In this document: one piece after another, positions 27,728 through 38,947 of the stretch
Layout of the letters: the number at the start of each line of letters is the position of its first letter
How positions within the stretch are numbered: the stretch's first letter is position 1
Assembly: GCF_964204645.1 (NCBI RefSeq)
Contig: NC_134028.1
Coordinates: forward strand, 15,073,653 to 15,137,652
Source of the DNA: Tubulanus polymorphus
Taxonomy: Eukaryota; Animalia; Nemertea
Direction: 5' to 3'
DNA: 64,000 nucleotides
Translations under genes and position numbers: made by a program
The notes under the pieces: generated by a model
The model's input: only the letters and a program-made list of their open reading frames with translations
What the model was told of the DNA's origin: nothing
Database searches by the model: none

Positions 27728-28084
27728 ATGAATATAACTGTTGGACCGAGTATATGTTTTGGATTTGATTTTAAACGTGAGAAAGAAATGAAATTTAACA
27801 TTACTGATGTAATTACACATATCAAAAATATTGCATTTTCTAATGAAACAACACTTGAGTATGAAACAACAATAGATAAAGAAACTTTAAATGTAGAAAA
27901 GATTACTAATTTAATTAGAGAATCTTTAAGATTTTATGAATTAGATGAAGATTTTATCATCGATGATATTAAAAAAATAATAATTGAAATATATACAAAT
28001 GAAACCAGTAATGAAATAAATGTTGAATTAATCATAAATAAGTTAACTAAATATTTTGATGATAGTAATTTTTTTGATAAATAA
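27728..28084 (+). CDS. Polinton hypothetical protein, acidic, 118 aa
   Basis: Open frame with TAAATG start; conserved in Polinton 2 (61538-61894). Confidence 0.7.
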   Translation: MNITVGPSICFGFDFKREKEMKFNITDVITHIKNIAFSNETTLEYETTIDKETLNVEKITNLIRESLRFYELDEDFIIDDIKKIIIEIYTNETSNEINVELIINKLTKYFDDSNFFDK

Positions 28085-28305
28085 ATGAGTGATAATAAGT
28101 GGATAATAACTGGATTATATAATGGAGCATTACTATCAGTTTGAACTGTTGGTTATTCAATGGTATTAAAAAATTATTCAAAATGGGAAGTGTTAATGTT
28201 GATAGATTTGATATAAATGATATTTTAAAATTAACGTTACCAGTTACTTTATCTAATTTAACTATTGATTATTTAGAAAAACAAAAATATATTCCTCCCA
28301 TATAA
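28085..28305 (+). pseudogene. Small hydrophobic protein, disrupted
   Basis: Homologue of intact 61316-61537(-); in-frame TGA here. Confidence 0.7.
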
Positions 28306-28329
28306 ATGCGTAATTATTTTACTAAATAA

Positions 28330-28752
28330 ATGGCTTCTGCAATTATAACTATTATAGGATCGGCAATTGTTAACGCTTTAGCATTTACTGGTGGCGGTTA
28401 TTTATTTAAGCATATTGATAAAAATAGTTCATTAGGAGAACAAAGAAGACATAACTTAGCATTAGAGAAATACAATAAAGCTGCAGAAGAATATAGAGAA
28501 AAGAGACAAAACTATATGGATTATATTAACAAAGAATTATATGATCAGAAGATTTCACATAGAGATTTTCAATCAGTTGATGATGCAATGAGTTTATATA
28601 ACGCAGTATCAAATAAAGAAAAATTACATCTATACAAACCTAAATTATCAGATTATTATACCCCAAGTAATGAACAACAGAAATATGAAATAATATGGAT
28701 TTTAGGCGGAACAGTTATTGTTATATTTGTTGCTTATAAGTTTACTAATTAG
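28330..28752 (+). CDS. Polinton membrane protein (N- and C-terminal hydrophobic segments, central EQRRHN helix)
   Basis: MASAIITIIGSAIVNALAFTGGGYLF and IIWILGGTVIVIFVAY; conserved in Polinton 2. Confidence 0.75.
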   Translation: MASAIITIIGSAIVNALAFTGGGYLFKHIDKNSSLGEQRRHNLALEKYNKAAEEYREKRQNYMDYINKELYDQKISHRDFQSVDDAMSLYNAVSNKEKLHLYKPKLSDYYTPSNEQQKYEIIWILGGTVIVIFVAYKFTN

Positions 28753-28771
28753 TAATTTTTTTTCTAAATAA

Positions 28772-29206
28772 ATGGAAGATAAAAATGATAATATTGATAT
28801 TATTCCTCATGATATAAATAAAACTAAATTAAAAATATATTTAGAAAAACAAATATTAGAATTTGAAAGTGTCTTAAAGATAAAAAAGAAAAAATATTTA
28901 AAAAGTAAAATTATATATTATCTTATTATTAGTGGTTCGGTTACAATTAGTTCTGTAATAACATTTCTAGCAATATTCAGTCCATTAACACCTTTAGCTA
29001 TATCAATTGGTGTGTTAGGATTATCATCAAGTGTATTAACTGGTATAAGTTCAAAATTAAACATAAAAAGTAATAAAGAAAAAATTAAAACTAATATAAA
29101 AGAAATTAATAAATTGAAGAATACACTAGATTATATAATTAGTTTAAATGGCCATATAACAGTTGAAGAACAAGATAAATTATTAAAAGAATTAATAAAT
29201 TATTAA
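28772..29206 (+). CDS. Polinton two-pass membrane protein with flanking coiled coils
   Basis: Hydrophobic hairpin IIYYLIISGSVTISSVITFLAIFSPLTPLAISIGVLGLSSSVLTGI; conserved in Polinton 2. Confidence 0.75.
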   Translation: MEDKNDNIDIIPHDINKTKLKIYLEKQILEFESVLKIKKKKYLKSKIIYYLIISGSVTISSVITFLAIFSPLTPLAISIGVLGLSSSVLTGISSKLNIKSNKEKIKTNIKEINKLKNTLDYIISLNGHITVEEQDKLLKELINY

Positions 29207-29221
29207 TTTTTTATTATATAA

Positions 29222-30612
29222 ATGGTAGATAGTTTTCCAAAAGCTTTCCAATATAATAAATCAATTAAATATAATATTCCTGCAAGAGATTTTAATAAAG
29301 ATATTACATATAGAAATGAAGTTTTTAGATTCATTAACTAATTTAGAAATTTATGTAACTGAAACTAATAATTTTAATGCAAAGATGGAAAATATATTTC
29401 ATGTATATTTAATTAATTTTAAAAAATTGAAAGATGAAAAACAATGGTTATTAAAATCTAATATGAAGTATTGGCAGAACCAATTAAATTTTGCTGTTTA
29501 TTGTGCAACAACAGGTTGTGGAATTAGTTGGAATGATCATTTGAATAATTCTAAATATAAATTAATTCAAAGTTTATTTAGATTTCATACATACTTTCAA
29601 ATAAGAATAATATTAAATGAATTAGAGTGCGTTTTACCAGGATCTAGGTATTTTAAAGAATTAGACAATTATATTAATTTATCAATGTTTTATAAAATTT
29701 GTAATGAATTTAATATAGATATAAATAATTCTGATTTTAGAACAAAAATTGGAACAATAAGATCACTTCCTTGCCCTAAAAAGATTGCAGAATACTGTGC
29801 ACTTCCCATACCATCTAATAGCTTTTATAATATCTATAATAATAAATTAGGTTATGGTAAAATAGAAACTAAGGATTTAGAAACATTAAATTTCAATAAA
29901 TTACCGAAATTTTATGATAATTTAAAACAAGAAAACAATAACGGTTGGGTTTATTTCATTTTAGAAAATAATGAAGGTTTTACAAAATCAGGTATACAAA
30001 TAATAAATCAATCTATTAGAACTTATTTGATATGTATTTTAGGTGCGCAAGTTGAAACAAGATCACCGATAATTTGGAAATTTAAATACATCATTTTATA
30101 CACAGAAACAATTTAAAGTTTTATTTGAAGATTCCATTCATAATGATAAAAATAGATCGATTCCAGAAAACATTATAAGATATCAAAATTATTTAGATAA
30201 ATCTCATGTAAGACTTAATTATTGTATAGGCCCCAATCTATTAATTATTTCTAATGATTTAGTATTGAAGATGGGAAACATAATTGGTTATAATAATCTA
30301 ATTAAAACTGCAACAATAAATAATTCATTTGGATCAAATGATATAAATAAAAAGATTATTACTGCTCCAAAATTAATGGAAGGTGAAAAAAATAAAAAAC
30401 ATATTCAATCAACAGAAACTAAAACTAATAATATTAAATTAAATAATGATACTAAAATAAAAGATTACAATACATCAGAAGATATAAAAACTGATAATAT
30501 TCAACATGAAATAATTAAACTAAATGATGATAATAAATCCCATGAAAATACTAAATTAGCTATAACTTGTATAGGAATTGTTATAGGAGGAATATTATAT
30601 TTTAAATTTTAA
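29222..30612 (+). pseudogene. Large Polinton protein of unknown function with C-terminal TM anchor, frameshifted
   Basis: MVDSFPKAF start, WQNQLNFAVYCATTGCGIS core, LAITCIGIVIGGILYF end; fragments collinear with 59083-60406(-). Confidence 0.75.
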
Positions 30613-30628
30613 TTTTTTTATTATGTAA

Positions 30629-31966
30629 ATGGCAGAAGGTGGAGAAGATATTCCATTGAATCCTTTTGGTGATGAACCCGGTATAAGTAATGAACCACAA
30701 CCTGATTTTAATGAAACTAATATTGATAATGATGATGAATCAGCATATAATTCTAATTTAGCAAATAGTGGTTCTAAAGCCCCATCAACAGAAGAAAATG
30801 ATAGAAGAATTAGATCGAGAATACCTACTGAAAATTTAGACCCAGGTTTAGAAAGAGAAAATTTAGAAAATTATGAATTTATGTATGAATTTCAACAGGT
30901 ATTTGAAGAATCTGGATATAATATCAATGATAGAGGTGCCAGACTTTTAGTAAAAGAATTAAAGTTTTTAGATGGTGAATATTATTATCATTTGAAAGAT
31001 GATTATTATATTGATATCTCTTATAAAAAACAAGAAAAAATATTAGCAGAATCAACTTTGCTTAAGTCCGACTCATTACTATCTAGAATTAAAATAATAA
31101 GAAATAGTAATGAAATAGAAGATGTAACACAAGAAGAAATTATCAAAAATGAAAGAGTATTTAAACAAAGAATTAATAAATTATTTGAAACAATCGATAA
31201 TAATTTAGAACCAGAAACTAGTAGACCTAATTCAAGAGAAGTTCAAACTGAAAAAATTTTACCGAAGGGATTACTTGATGCAACAGATCAAGAATTAGAA
31301 GATTTAAATATATTTTCTGATAAAGCAATTAGAGAGATTATTAGTATAAGACTTGCATCTGATAAAATTATGCATGATAAAAATATAAGAGATTTAAAAA
31401 TTAGAACTTTAGAAAAAGAATTAACTGATAAAAATAAAGAAATAGACCAATTAAAAGAAAATCATCTTTTAAAATCATCTTTTAAAAGAAAAAGATGATT
31501 TAGAATATAACATAGAATTACAAAAAAAAGAAATTAAATTATTATTAAAATCATATGATTATAATATTGATAGATTAAAAGATGTTTTTAAAAGATATCT
31601 AATAAAACCAGATTCTAGAATATCATTGAAAGATAGAATAAAATTATTATTTAAGTTTGAAGGAATAACAATTCTTTCAATTCTAACAGCTGTAACTATG
31701 TTATTTACAACAATTGGTTTAGCAATATCAAATGCTTTGAAATCTACTCCTACTCCCAATAAACCGGATAAACCCCCGAATATTTATGGGAACTATCTAA
31801 AAAATCTGCTGCAGCTTTACCCGGAGTTATTGCGTCAATAGTTGGTTTTATATTGAAATCTGCTGGGAATATTCTTAACTTTGCTGCTGAACATATTATT
31901 TTATTTTTAATTACAGTTGTAAGTGCTATTATTTTTGGGTTAGTAAACATGATTAAAAATAAATAA
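30629..31966 (+). pseudogene. MAEGG-type acidic/coiled-coil protein with C-terminal hydrophobic helices, frameshifted
   Basis: ORF 30629-31498 continues through frameshifts into GITILSILTAVTMLFTTIGLAI and AAALPGVIASIVGFIL...IILFLITVVSAIIFGLV, stop at 31964-31966. Confidence 0.7.
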
Positions 31967-31986
31967 TTAATTTTTTTGTTAAATAA

Positions 31987-33229
31987 ATGAGTGGGAGTTA
32001 TATAAGTCCTTCTAAGATTTCTAGAATATCTAATGCTATTAAAGCAGAAAGATCACATCATATAATTACTCATAATCCTTCTAATATTAATCCCGATGAA
32101 ACTTTATATGTTCGAATTCCTCGATTAACACAAAATACTTTTTATGTTCCAAATAGTATTTATTTATCAGCTGATATAAAAGTAACTGGTCATGATAGTA
32201 ATTATGTTGTAGATAATGTTGGAAGATATTTGATTAAAAAATTAACTATAAAGATTGGTCCAGAAACAGTTTTCTCATTAGATGATTATAATTTATTTAT
32301 GCATTATAAAGATTTATGGTTAACTAAAGAAAATAGAAATAATATGATATTTCAAGGCATCCAATCAGAAAACCATAATAAATTAAGATCAGGAGCTAAT
32401 GACGCAATAGTAACGCGCACCGCAGATAATTTGATAAAAAAGATTTATGGAAGCAAATATAAAATTTCCATTAGACTTTGAATTGATAAATAACAATGCA
32501 CCTTTATATAAATACGCAATTCAAGAAGACGTTATATTCGAGATAACATTTGCTCCTGTAAATGAAATTGTATTATCTAGCGTTGTTAAAGATATGAGTT
32601 ATAAATTATCGAATATATGTTTAGAATATGATACAGTAACTGATGAAAATATTGCTAACACAACTCAATACAATCAAGGATTTTCATTATTATATGATTA
32701 TATTGATAAATTTAAAACCGTAACTATTAATGCAAATGATGAAATAATTAATGAGAATAATAACTTCCCAAGAAGATCTATTAAAGGTATATTAATATTT
32801 TTTACCATTGCAACATATTCTAATGGTGCAATACAGGTTGATAAGTATTATAATCCTGAAATAACAAAAGTAGAAATACCTATCGAAGGAATAGCAAATA
32901 AAATATTTTGTCAAGGAATGAGAATGATTGATCAATGGCCAGAAATTAGAAAACATTTTATGAATGAAAAAGTGAAATCATCTGAAAATTGTAGTATTAA
33001 TCAAATTGATTATTATACCGGCCATAAATATGCATTATGGTTAGATTTTAGAACAACAGAGGATAATTCATTACATGGTTCTGGAAAAAAATTACAAAAC
33101 ACTAAAGATGGAATACAATTATTCATGACAAAGAAAAAAGGAAGCCTGGATTTTAAAATGCACATTTATATTATATCTGACGCGCAATCAAATATTGTAA
33201 ATTCTCAATTAGATAGTGTTATGTATCAA
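31987..33229 (+). pseudogene. Probable major capsid protein (double jelly-roll), one frameshift and lost stop
   Basis: About 410 aa beta-rich protein (THNPS, LYVRIP, LIKKLTIKIG, KIPLDF, IFEITF, LSNICLEYD, SIKGILIFF, ALWLDF, MHIYIISD); highly conserved in Polinton 2, where SVMY is followed by TAA (CAA here). Fold is inferred. Confidence 0.72.
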
Positions 33230-33261
33230 AATTTTAACTTTAATGAAAATATATTATATAA

Positions 33262-34397
33262 ATGGAAGGTGGAATATATGAAATACAAACTCCAAGTGAA
33301 ATGATAACAGATATATATTATATATTACCTTATGATGAATACATTAAGTATTTTGGAGATTACTTTAATCAATTCAAATATAGAATAAGTAAAATAAAAG
33401 ATAATATTGTAATTAAAATAGAAGATAAGAATGATATTGAATATAAAATAGAAGATGATATTGAAACTAAAATAGAAGATAGTAATAATATTGAAACTAA
33501 AATAGAAGATGTAACAGCATCTGCATCTTATAATATACCCTCTACATATGATATTGAATCAAAAAAAGATTATTATAATCCAAAATATTGTGATGTATGT
33601 TATAAATATATATCATATAAAAATTGGGCATCACATAAGAAATCAAAGAAACATATAGAAAAAGAAAAGAATAATAATGATAATAATATATCAGTTAGTA
33701 ATATAAAAGATAATGTTAACCCAATTGAAACTAATGATACCATAGATAATATAACAGAAAATGTAATAAATAATGTTAACCCAATTGAAACTAATGATAA
33801 TGATATAACAGATAATGAAATAATTGATGATTCTAAAAAACATTGTTACATTTGTAATTTAGATATCTCTAAAAGTAATTTTTCTAAACATAAAAAATCT
33901 AAGGGGCACATAGAAAATGAAAAAGAATTAATATGTGATTATTGTAATAAAGAAATTGAACCTATTGATAAAATTACTCATTATAAATCAAAATTACATC
34001 TAATTAATGTTTATAAAAAAGTGGGTATGTTACCATTGTTAGATGAACCAAAGAAATATATCAAATATTTTAATCCTGAAACTAAAAATATCATATATTC
34101 TTTAAGTTATTATTTGATAAATTATTAGCTTATGCAGAAGATAATCCTGACCAAATATATAAATTAGCGTATAATGGATACCTAGATTTATTTAATTTAA
34201 TCAATGATATTGAATTTGATTTTGATGGTGATAATTCTAATGATTACTTTGAAAAATTAAGAATAAAAGCTGGATTAAGTGATGATGAACGTAGAATGAA
34301 GGATGAAATAGAATTAATAAATATGCCAAAGACTTCTGATGAATTTGATATAAACAAAGATGATTTTATAAATGTATTAGAAACAAAATTAGAATAA
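33262..34397 (+). pseudogene. Three-C2H2 zinc-finger protein with low-complexity repeats, frameshift near 34120
   Basis: CDVC...HKKSKKH, CYIC...HKKSKGH, CDYC...HYKSKLH; IETKIED repeats. Confidence 0.75.
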
Positions 34398-34440
34398 TTA
34401 TTATAAAACTATTTATATATCTATAAAAATATTTATATAT

Positions 34441-34699
34441 CTATGCACTAGACGTATGAGTAAGAAAGTAAGAACCCAAGAATCCTTACCAAGAAATATT
34501 AATTATAAACATAAATTATAAACATAAATTATAAACATAAATTATAAACATAGTTTTAATATATAATTTATTCATTATTATATATTTCATTTAATAATTC
34601 ATATTTCTATGGACTAGACGTACGTAAGAATCCAAGATTCTTGCCAAGAAAGTAAAAAGGTAAGAATCTTACTTTCTTACTCGTACGTCTAGTACATAG
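34441..34699. terminator. 33-bp inverted repeat between convergent gene blocks (candidate terminator)
   Basis: CTATGCACTAGACGTATGAGTAAGAAAGTAAGA (34441-34473) vs 34667-34699, 2 mismatches; 13-bp tandem AATTATAAACATA x4 in the loop. Function is inferred. Confidence 0.4.
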
Positions 34700-34740
34700 A
34701 AATATAAATTAGTTTCTATAATATTCCAAATTATAAATAG

Positions 34741-35352
34741 TTATTGTATAAATTTATATTTATATGGAAATTGTAGTCTCAGTAATGATTTTGAACCTTT
34801 ATTATTCTTTCATTTATTCATATATTCATCATGTAATTCAGTAGGTATAATTTGATTTTCCTCCAATGATTGTTGCATAGATTTTCTATCTTTGTTATAA
34901 AATAAAACTAGAAATCTTATATTCGCCCTAAAGTCTCTAACAAATGAATTATATTTTTGATTTAAAACCCATGTTGTTATCCCAAAATGTCTCCCAGAAA
35001 AAGCTAAATAACATAACTCACTTTCCCTAACTTTTGAATCATGTAAATTTGCACAATCATTTATAATGAATAATGTATTTGATCCTTTGTAAGTATCAAT
35101 TGCTATTTTTATACAACTATCTAAATTTTCTTTTACTATTTCAGGATCTAATATAATAAACTTTTTCATCTTAACTATATCTCTATTATATGTTTTATTC
35201 ATTTCATAAGTAGGGCAGAATAATATTATATTATCAAAATGATTCTTATAAATAGTTTCTAACAAATCTAATATGAAATGTGTTTTACCACAATTGGTTA
35301 CTCCAGTTATTAACATATTATGCGGTTCAAATATAAATAAATCTTTATTCAT
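34741..35352 (-). pseudogene. A32/FtsK-like DNA packaging ATPase, premature stop and Walker B D-to-N change
   Basis: Walker A GVTNCGKT, FIINDC (FIVDDC in Polinton 2), GRH, LNQ, RAN motifs. Confidence 0.88.
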
Positions 35353-36330
35353 TTATTCTTTTAATTTTACTAGATAAAATCCATTCATTAAATTTATCAT
35401 CATATCCTTTATATTTCACCAAAGAATACTTTTTTCCTTTAAGAGTTTTTGTTTTCAATACGTTTTCTATTTTGTATTCTATTTCATCTGGATTTGGTAC
35501 AAGTGATAATTCTTGTTCATAGAAACAACCTAATATTTCTTCATCTTTTAGATCTTCTAATTTATAAACAAAAGGTTTAGTTAATATCATCTTTTTAATC
35601 TTGAATATTTCTTCAGTAAAATTAGGGGTATAACCTTTATAAAAGGTTTTTCTATATTTAGATATTCTTACGTGTTGTCCAATTTTGAATCTAGGTTCAC
35701 CGAAATCATGTGTAACAAATGCTCCATATAAATCATTCCATACTATTTCTGAATTATCTTCTTTTCTAGCTTGTATAGGTTTCATATTTATAGAACTATG
35801 TTTAGAATTATTATAACCTTTCACTAAATCATCTAACATATTTATAGACTCACCGATATATTTATATGTTTCATTAGCAGTAAAATATTTCCACATTCTA
35901 GTTTTCAATGTTTTATTAAATCTTTCTATATTAGATGCTTTTTTATCTGAATGTGTTGAAAAATAATCTACATCGTTATCAGATGATAGTTTTTTAAAAT
36001 CTTTGTTATAAAATTCCTTACCTTCATCAAATTGTATCTTATCTGGAATAGCTTCTTTAAATATTGATTTAAAAGCATTTGTCACTTCTATACCAGTTTT
36101 ATTTTTGATTGGAATTGACCATGCGTATCTACTGAATATATCTATAACATTCAGTATCCAGAAATATCCTTTGTTGTATTCCTCTAAGTTCTTCATGTCA
36201 ATTAAATCTGCTTGCCATTGTTGATCGATATATGAAACCATAACTTTTCTTGTTAAATAAGTTTTATCCATTTTCTTGTTTATTTGATATGTTGGTTGAT
36301 TTTGTAACCACGACTGTAATTCACTATATT
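35345..36330 (-). pseudogene. Retroviral-like (rve) integrase with C-terminal chromodomain-like region; N-terminus deleted
   Basis: WQADLIDM, IQFDEGKEF, IERFNKTLK, YNNSKHSSI, GQHVRI, KGYTPNFTEEIF, LVKYKGY...NEWI; about 195 bp present in Polinton 2 (about 53590-53785) missing here. Confidence 0.92.
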
Positions 36331-36623
36331 TTGTCATTGGAATCATCTTTATCATCAGATTTGAATTTTGATTTATATATTACGCCGGATAATATAATAA
36401 CTGTTACTAATCCCATTGTAATATATAATTTATAATTACTTCCAGCATTAGAAGAATCAGATGGATTATCATTCGAATCAATATCAGATAAAGTCTTTGA
36501 TTCATTTATATCAGTTAATTTCTTTTTCTTAGCTTTTTTTAATTCTGAAGATCTTTTACCTAATTCTCTTGCCCATTTAATTTGTTTTTCAGATCTAGCC
36601 TTTTTCTAAACATCATCACTCAT
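36325..36623 (-). pseudogene. Small basic protein with TM helix, disrupted
   Basis: Homologue of 53297-53632(+); TAG at codon 6. Confidence 0.65.
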
Positions 36624-37218
36624 TTATTTTAGTTAATTTTTGTTCTGATTCATTTTCTGTTTCGACGTTTGGTTGTAGTACATCTGTTTCGTTCTTACCT
36701 GATTTATATTCCATAGATTTGATGTTCGAAAACGTTATGACGCCAGTAGAAATTAATGTCATAACCGATCCTAATTGAAATGAAGCATAACCAACCCATT
36801 TTTGTAATTCAGTCATAACTAAGTAGTCATTTTTCAAATCACTATATAATTTATTTTCATCATCAATTGGTATTAACTGGTTACATAACTTAGAATAACA
36901 TTTGACAATACCATCTGAAATAGAATCATTTATTCTAGCTAATCTTGCCTCTTCATAAATCTTAAAATATTTTTTTACTTAATCGGGTTTCATAGCATCT
37001 AATTCTTGAAAAGTAATAATTCTATTTAAAAACTCTTTAGTTTTTCCACCGGCAATCAATAGTTCTAGATGATGCTTACAATATAACTAGTATTCATAAT
37101 CTATATTACAATTAACTTGAGCACAATTAGTTACAACTGTATCTTAATTATCACTTATACCCAAATCATCTTATGTTTTTTCAATATCAATACTATTCTT
37201 ATTAGATTTCGTTGACAT
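36616..37218 (-). pseudogene. Polinton hypothetical protein, disrupted
   Basis: Homologue of intact 52696-53304(+); shared KNDYLVMTELQKWVGYASFQLGSVMTLIST. Confidence 0.7.
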
Positions 37219-37465
37219 TTATATAGGATAAAAATAACAAGAAAATATAATAAGTATTCTTCAAATGATACTAGTATCTCTTTAGATTAATACTAGCTTA
37301 GTTAAAGGTAAAGAATATTAGTATTAGTTATTGTTTTTTTAGTATTTTTTATTTGTGATATAAAGTATTCTTTTTTGAAAAGAAAATATTAAAAATATAA
37401 TAGAATTCACTAGCTAGTTGAAGTTATAGTTTTTTAAATATTTTTTATTTAAAATCTATTATTCT

Positions 37466-38134
37466 TCAACCACTCAATAAAGATTCAACATATTGTTCAT
37501 TATTTGGATCATTGTTCCATAATTCAATGAATTTCTTTGCTTTATCTAATTGATCCAAATATAACTGTAAATCTAGTTTATTAGATTTGATTTGATTTTC
37601 TTTCTTTTCTAAAGGCCTTAAATTCTTCCAGTTCCAGATTAGCTTCTTATTATAATCATCACTCACGTCAAATTTAGAAATCGGCAACACGTGATCAATA
37701 TGAAAGTATTCACCATTATTATCTATATTCATTTTATCATCGAATTGATATATTATCCATGATTTGAAAAATTCATCTGAACAACCCAACAAATTAGATA
37801 GTGTTTCTGAATGTGTTTCTTTGTTGAATAATTGTGTTAATCTAGATCTTAAGCATTGTTTCAATCTAAAATTAAGATCTGTTTGATATCTTTCTCTCAT
37901 ATATTCTGCCATATAATAATTATAATGTTCTATATTATCTTCTCGGTATTGTTTGGTATATAGTTTAAAACAAGTTTTACAGCAATATTGAAAACCATCT
38001 TTGCTAATCTTACGCTTACTAAATTCTGTTGAAGCTAATTTATCGATTTCACACTTAGAACACTTCTTGTAGTATATATTTATAACGCCGGTGTTATTTG
38101 TAATATTGATAATTTGTGGTTGTTCTGGTTCCAT
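37466..38134 (-). CDS. HNH-like endonuclease with N-terminal CxxC zinc ribbon
   Basis: KKCSKC...DGFQYCCKTC; LLGCS; HIDHVLPISKFD...WKNLRPL...EN..KSNK. Confidence 0.8.
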   Translation of the reverse strand: MEPEQPQIINITNNTGVINIYYKKCSKCEIDKLASTEFSKRKISKDGFQYCCKTCFKLYTKQYREDNIEHYNYYMAEYMRERYQTDLNFRLKQCLRSRLTQLFNKETHSETLSNLLGCSDEFFKSWIIYQFDDKMNIDNNGEYFHIDHVLPISKFDVSDDYNKKLIWNWKNLRPLEKKENQIKSNKLDLQLYLDQLDKAKKFIELWNNDPNNEQYVESLLSG

Positions 38135-38213
38135 TTATTATACGTATTTTTTTTACTAAATTGGTTAATATTTTAGAATCCTCTTCCATTTCTTCGACCA
38201 ACGTCATCCTTTT

Positions 38214-38465
38214 TCATTCCTCGCTGCTTTTGATAAGTTGTTTCGATTCCTTGATATCAAATTCCTCAACATATTGTTCATTATTTGGATCATTGTTCCA
38301 TTGATCAATAAATTTCTTTGCCTTTGTTAACTGTTCTGAATATAACTGTAAATATTCTAGTTTCAATTTATTCTCTAAATGTGTTTTAGTTTTATTGTGT
38401 CTTGCTTTTTGGGATTTATCTACATTGATATTACATGTTGGGCAGTAGTACTTATTTGCTTCCAT
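38214..38465 (-). CDS. Chimeric 83-aa ORF: pPolB N-terminal zinc finger fused to a copy of the HNH C-terminal helix
   Basis: First 38 aa match pPolB (inside TIR); LQLYSEQLTKAKKFIDQWNNDPNNEQYVE matches LQLYLDQLDKAKKFIELWNNDPNNEQYVE of the neighbouring gene. Confidence 0.6.
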   Translation of the reverse strand: MEANKYYCPTCNINVDKSQKARHNKTKTHLENKLKLEYLQLYSEQLTKAKKFIDQWNNDPNNEQYVEEFDIKESKQLIKSSEE

Positions 38466-38947
38466 TTTAATACTAAATTTTTTATTAAAATTGATTTTAG
38501 AAGTTATTCATTTATATTTTATTCATATATATGAATATTTTAAGAGTAATAGGGAATATGTTGTTTCAGGTTAAAGGTTGAATGGTCGAGTTCATTAATA
38601 ACGAATATTAAAAGTAATTTAAAACTATAATATATTTTCATAACCGTGTGTATTTCAGTTGAATAATAGAATAATTATTATTATTTGAATATATTTGATT
38701 ATATGAATGTGTGTATTGTAAATAAATCAATTGGTCGCGGAGCGGAGCAGTAGCGAAGTGGAGCGACCAATTGATTTAATACAATATGCTTTTTAAATTA
38801 TTGATATCTTAGAATAAATATTTAGTTATAATATAAAATGTACACGGTTATGAAAATATATTATAGTTTTAAATTACTTTTAATGTTTTGTTTTTAATGA
38901 ACTCGACCGTTCGACCTTTGATCTGAAACAACATATTCCCTATTACT
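38352..38947 (-). repeat. Polinton 1 right TIR (with internal fold-back 38545-38947)
   Basis: Reverse complement of 22064-22645. Confidence 0.92.

Larger units (their letters stand above)
22064..38947 (+). mobile_element. Polinton/Maverick (adintovirus-like) endogenous virus 1, complete but pseudogenised, 16.9 kb
   Basis: AGTAATAG...CTATTACT ends, TIRs of about 580-600 bp, 6-bp TSD GTAGTG (22058-22063, 38948-38953); pPolB, rve integrase, packaging ATPase and candidate capsid genes; strongly AT-rich. Confidence 0.95.

Noticed and set aside
22064-38947. Bacterial prophage or contaminant contig
   Set aside because: 6-bp TSD, TIRs, rve integrase and nesting inside eukaryotic repeats show a genuinely integrated Polinton.
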